Shown in pieces: positions 4,863 through 5,310 of a stretch of DNA of 5,310 bases. Origin of the DNA: a virus; the UHGV virus genome UHGV-0225900, one strand, 5' to 3'. The position numbers and the translations under genes are program-made. Below the pieces are notes generated by a model that worked only from the letters and a program-made list of their open reading frames with translations, made no database searches and was not told the DNA's origin. Numbering within the stretch: the stretch's first letter is position 1; every line of letters starts with the position of its first letter.

Positions 4863-5310
4863 ATGCCATGCTATTCACCGATGATAGGATGGCGAAGGAA
4901 GGACGGTTCCGTGTATATATACGGGGACCTCCGGAACGAAAACTGGAAGACGGCGCCGGAATCACTTTTGAGTAAGGGGGTCAATCCCTACACGAATGAA
5001 AGAATCATCATACCGTGTGGCAAGTGTACCGGCTGCCGTCTCGAGTATTCGAAACAGTGGGCCGACAGATGTTACCTCGAAGCCAAAATGTGGAAGGCAA
5101 ATTACTGGCTTACTCTCACCTACGACGAAGAACACATTCAACATCTTCTGGTGCCTGCAGTGGATAAAAAGACGGGCGAAGTAATCAAAGTGGCAAGCCT
5201 GTACAAAAAAGACCTGCAGGACTTTATGAAGCGTATCCGGGAACGATGGAAAAGAGTGCACGATAATCCCAACGTGAGATTCTACGCGTGCGGAGAGTAT
5301 GGGGAACAGA
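4863..5310 (+). CDS. VP4: Rolling-circle replication initiator (HUH endonuclease), 5' part; continues at 1..569 across the circular junction (338 aa total)
   Basis: Not in the ORF track because it runs off the window end. Manual translation from ATG 4863 (SD GGAGG at 4851-4855) gives MPCYSPMIGWRRKDG…IIIPCGKCTGCRLEYSKQWADRCYLEAK…YWLTLTYDEEH…KDLQDFMKRIR…RFYACGEYGEQ. This contains the PCGxCxxC cluster, RCR motif I (WLTLTY), DLQxFxKR and GEYG, all characteristic of microviral VP4. Confidence 0.97.
   Translation, partial: MPCYSPMIGWRRKDGSVYIYGDLRNENWKTAPESLLSKGVNPYTNERIIIPCGKCTGCRLEYSKQWADRCYLEAKMWKANYWLTLTYDEEHIQHLLVPAVDKKTGEVIKVASLYKKDLQDFMKRIRERWKRVHDNPNVRFYACGEYGEQ

Larger units (their letters stand above)
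1..5310 (+). mobile_element. Complete circular genome of a Microviridae (gokushovirus-like) ssDNA phage
   Basis: VP1, VP2, VP3, VP4, VP5 and VP8-like genes all lie on one strand, and 5.3 kb is a typical size. The Rep frame continues across the end/start junction (…GAA CAG A|AT CAC CGA CCT CAC TTT CAT = GEYGEQNHRPHFH). No host genes are present. Confidence 0.97.

Noticed and set aside
4534..4884. 116-aa alternative-frame ORF over the VP2 3' end and origin hairpin
   Set aside because: It has a TTG start whose GGAGG (4524-4528) is explained by VP2 Gly codons. Its openness follows from the Gly/Ser repeat, it would run through the hairpin, and it has no recognisable features.

Overview
The window is an apparently complete, circularly permuted 5,310-nt genome of a ssDNA microvirus (Microviridae, gokushovirus-like). 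All credible genes are on the + strand. The order is: Rep/VP4 (starts at 4863, runs across the 5310/1 junction, ends at 569; 338 aa), terminator, GC-rich stem-loop, extended -10 promoter, three small orphan ORFs, VP8-like basic DNA-binding peptide, VP5, VP3 scaffold, VP1 major capsid, VP2 DNA pilot, and a perfect 16-bp hairpin (probable replication origin). Near-perfect Shine-Dalgarno sites and a TGnTATAAT promoter suggest a Bacillota-type host (inference). The most interesting points are five. (i) Several weak signs suggest the single-stranded/packaged strand may be the non-coding strand: an A-rich, T-poor coding strand, the CTTG origin core on the - strand, and hairpin mismatches that become G-T wobbles on the - strand. 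(ii) An SD-preceded ORF overprinted in Rep has a cationic amphipathic C-terminus (lysis candidate). (iii) There is an accessory operon that includes a putative HTH regulator. (iv) No GATC site was found on a manual scan. (v) The pilot protein has an 11-residue repeat block and a Gly/Ser repeat block. All homology calls are from motif recognition, not database searches.
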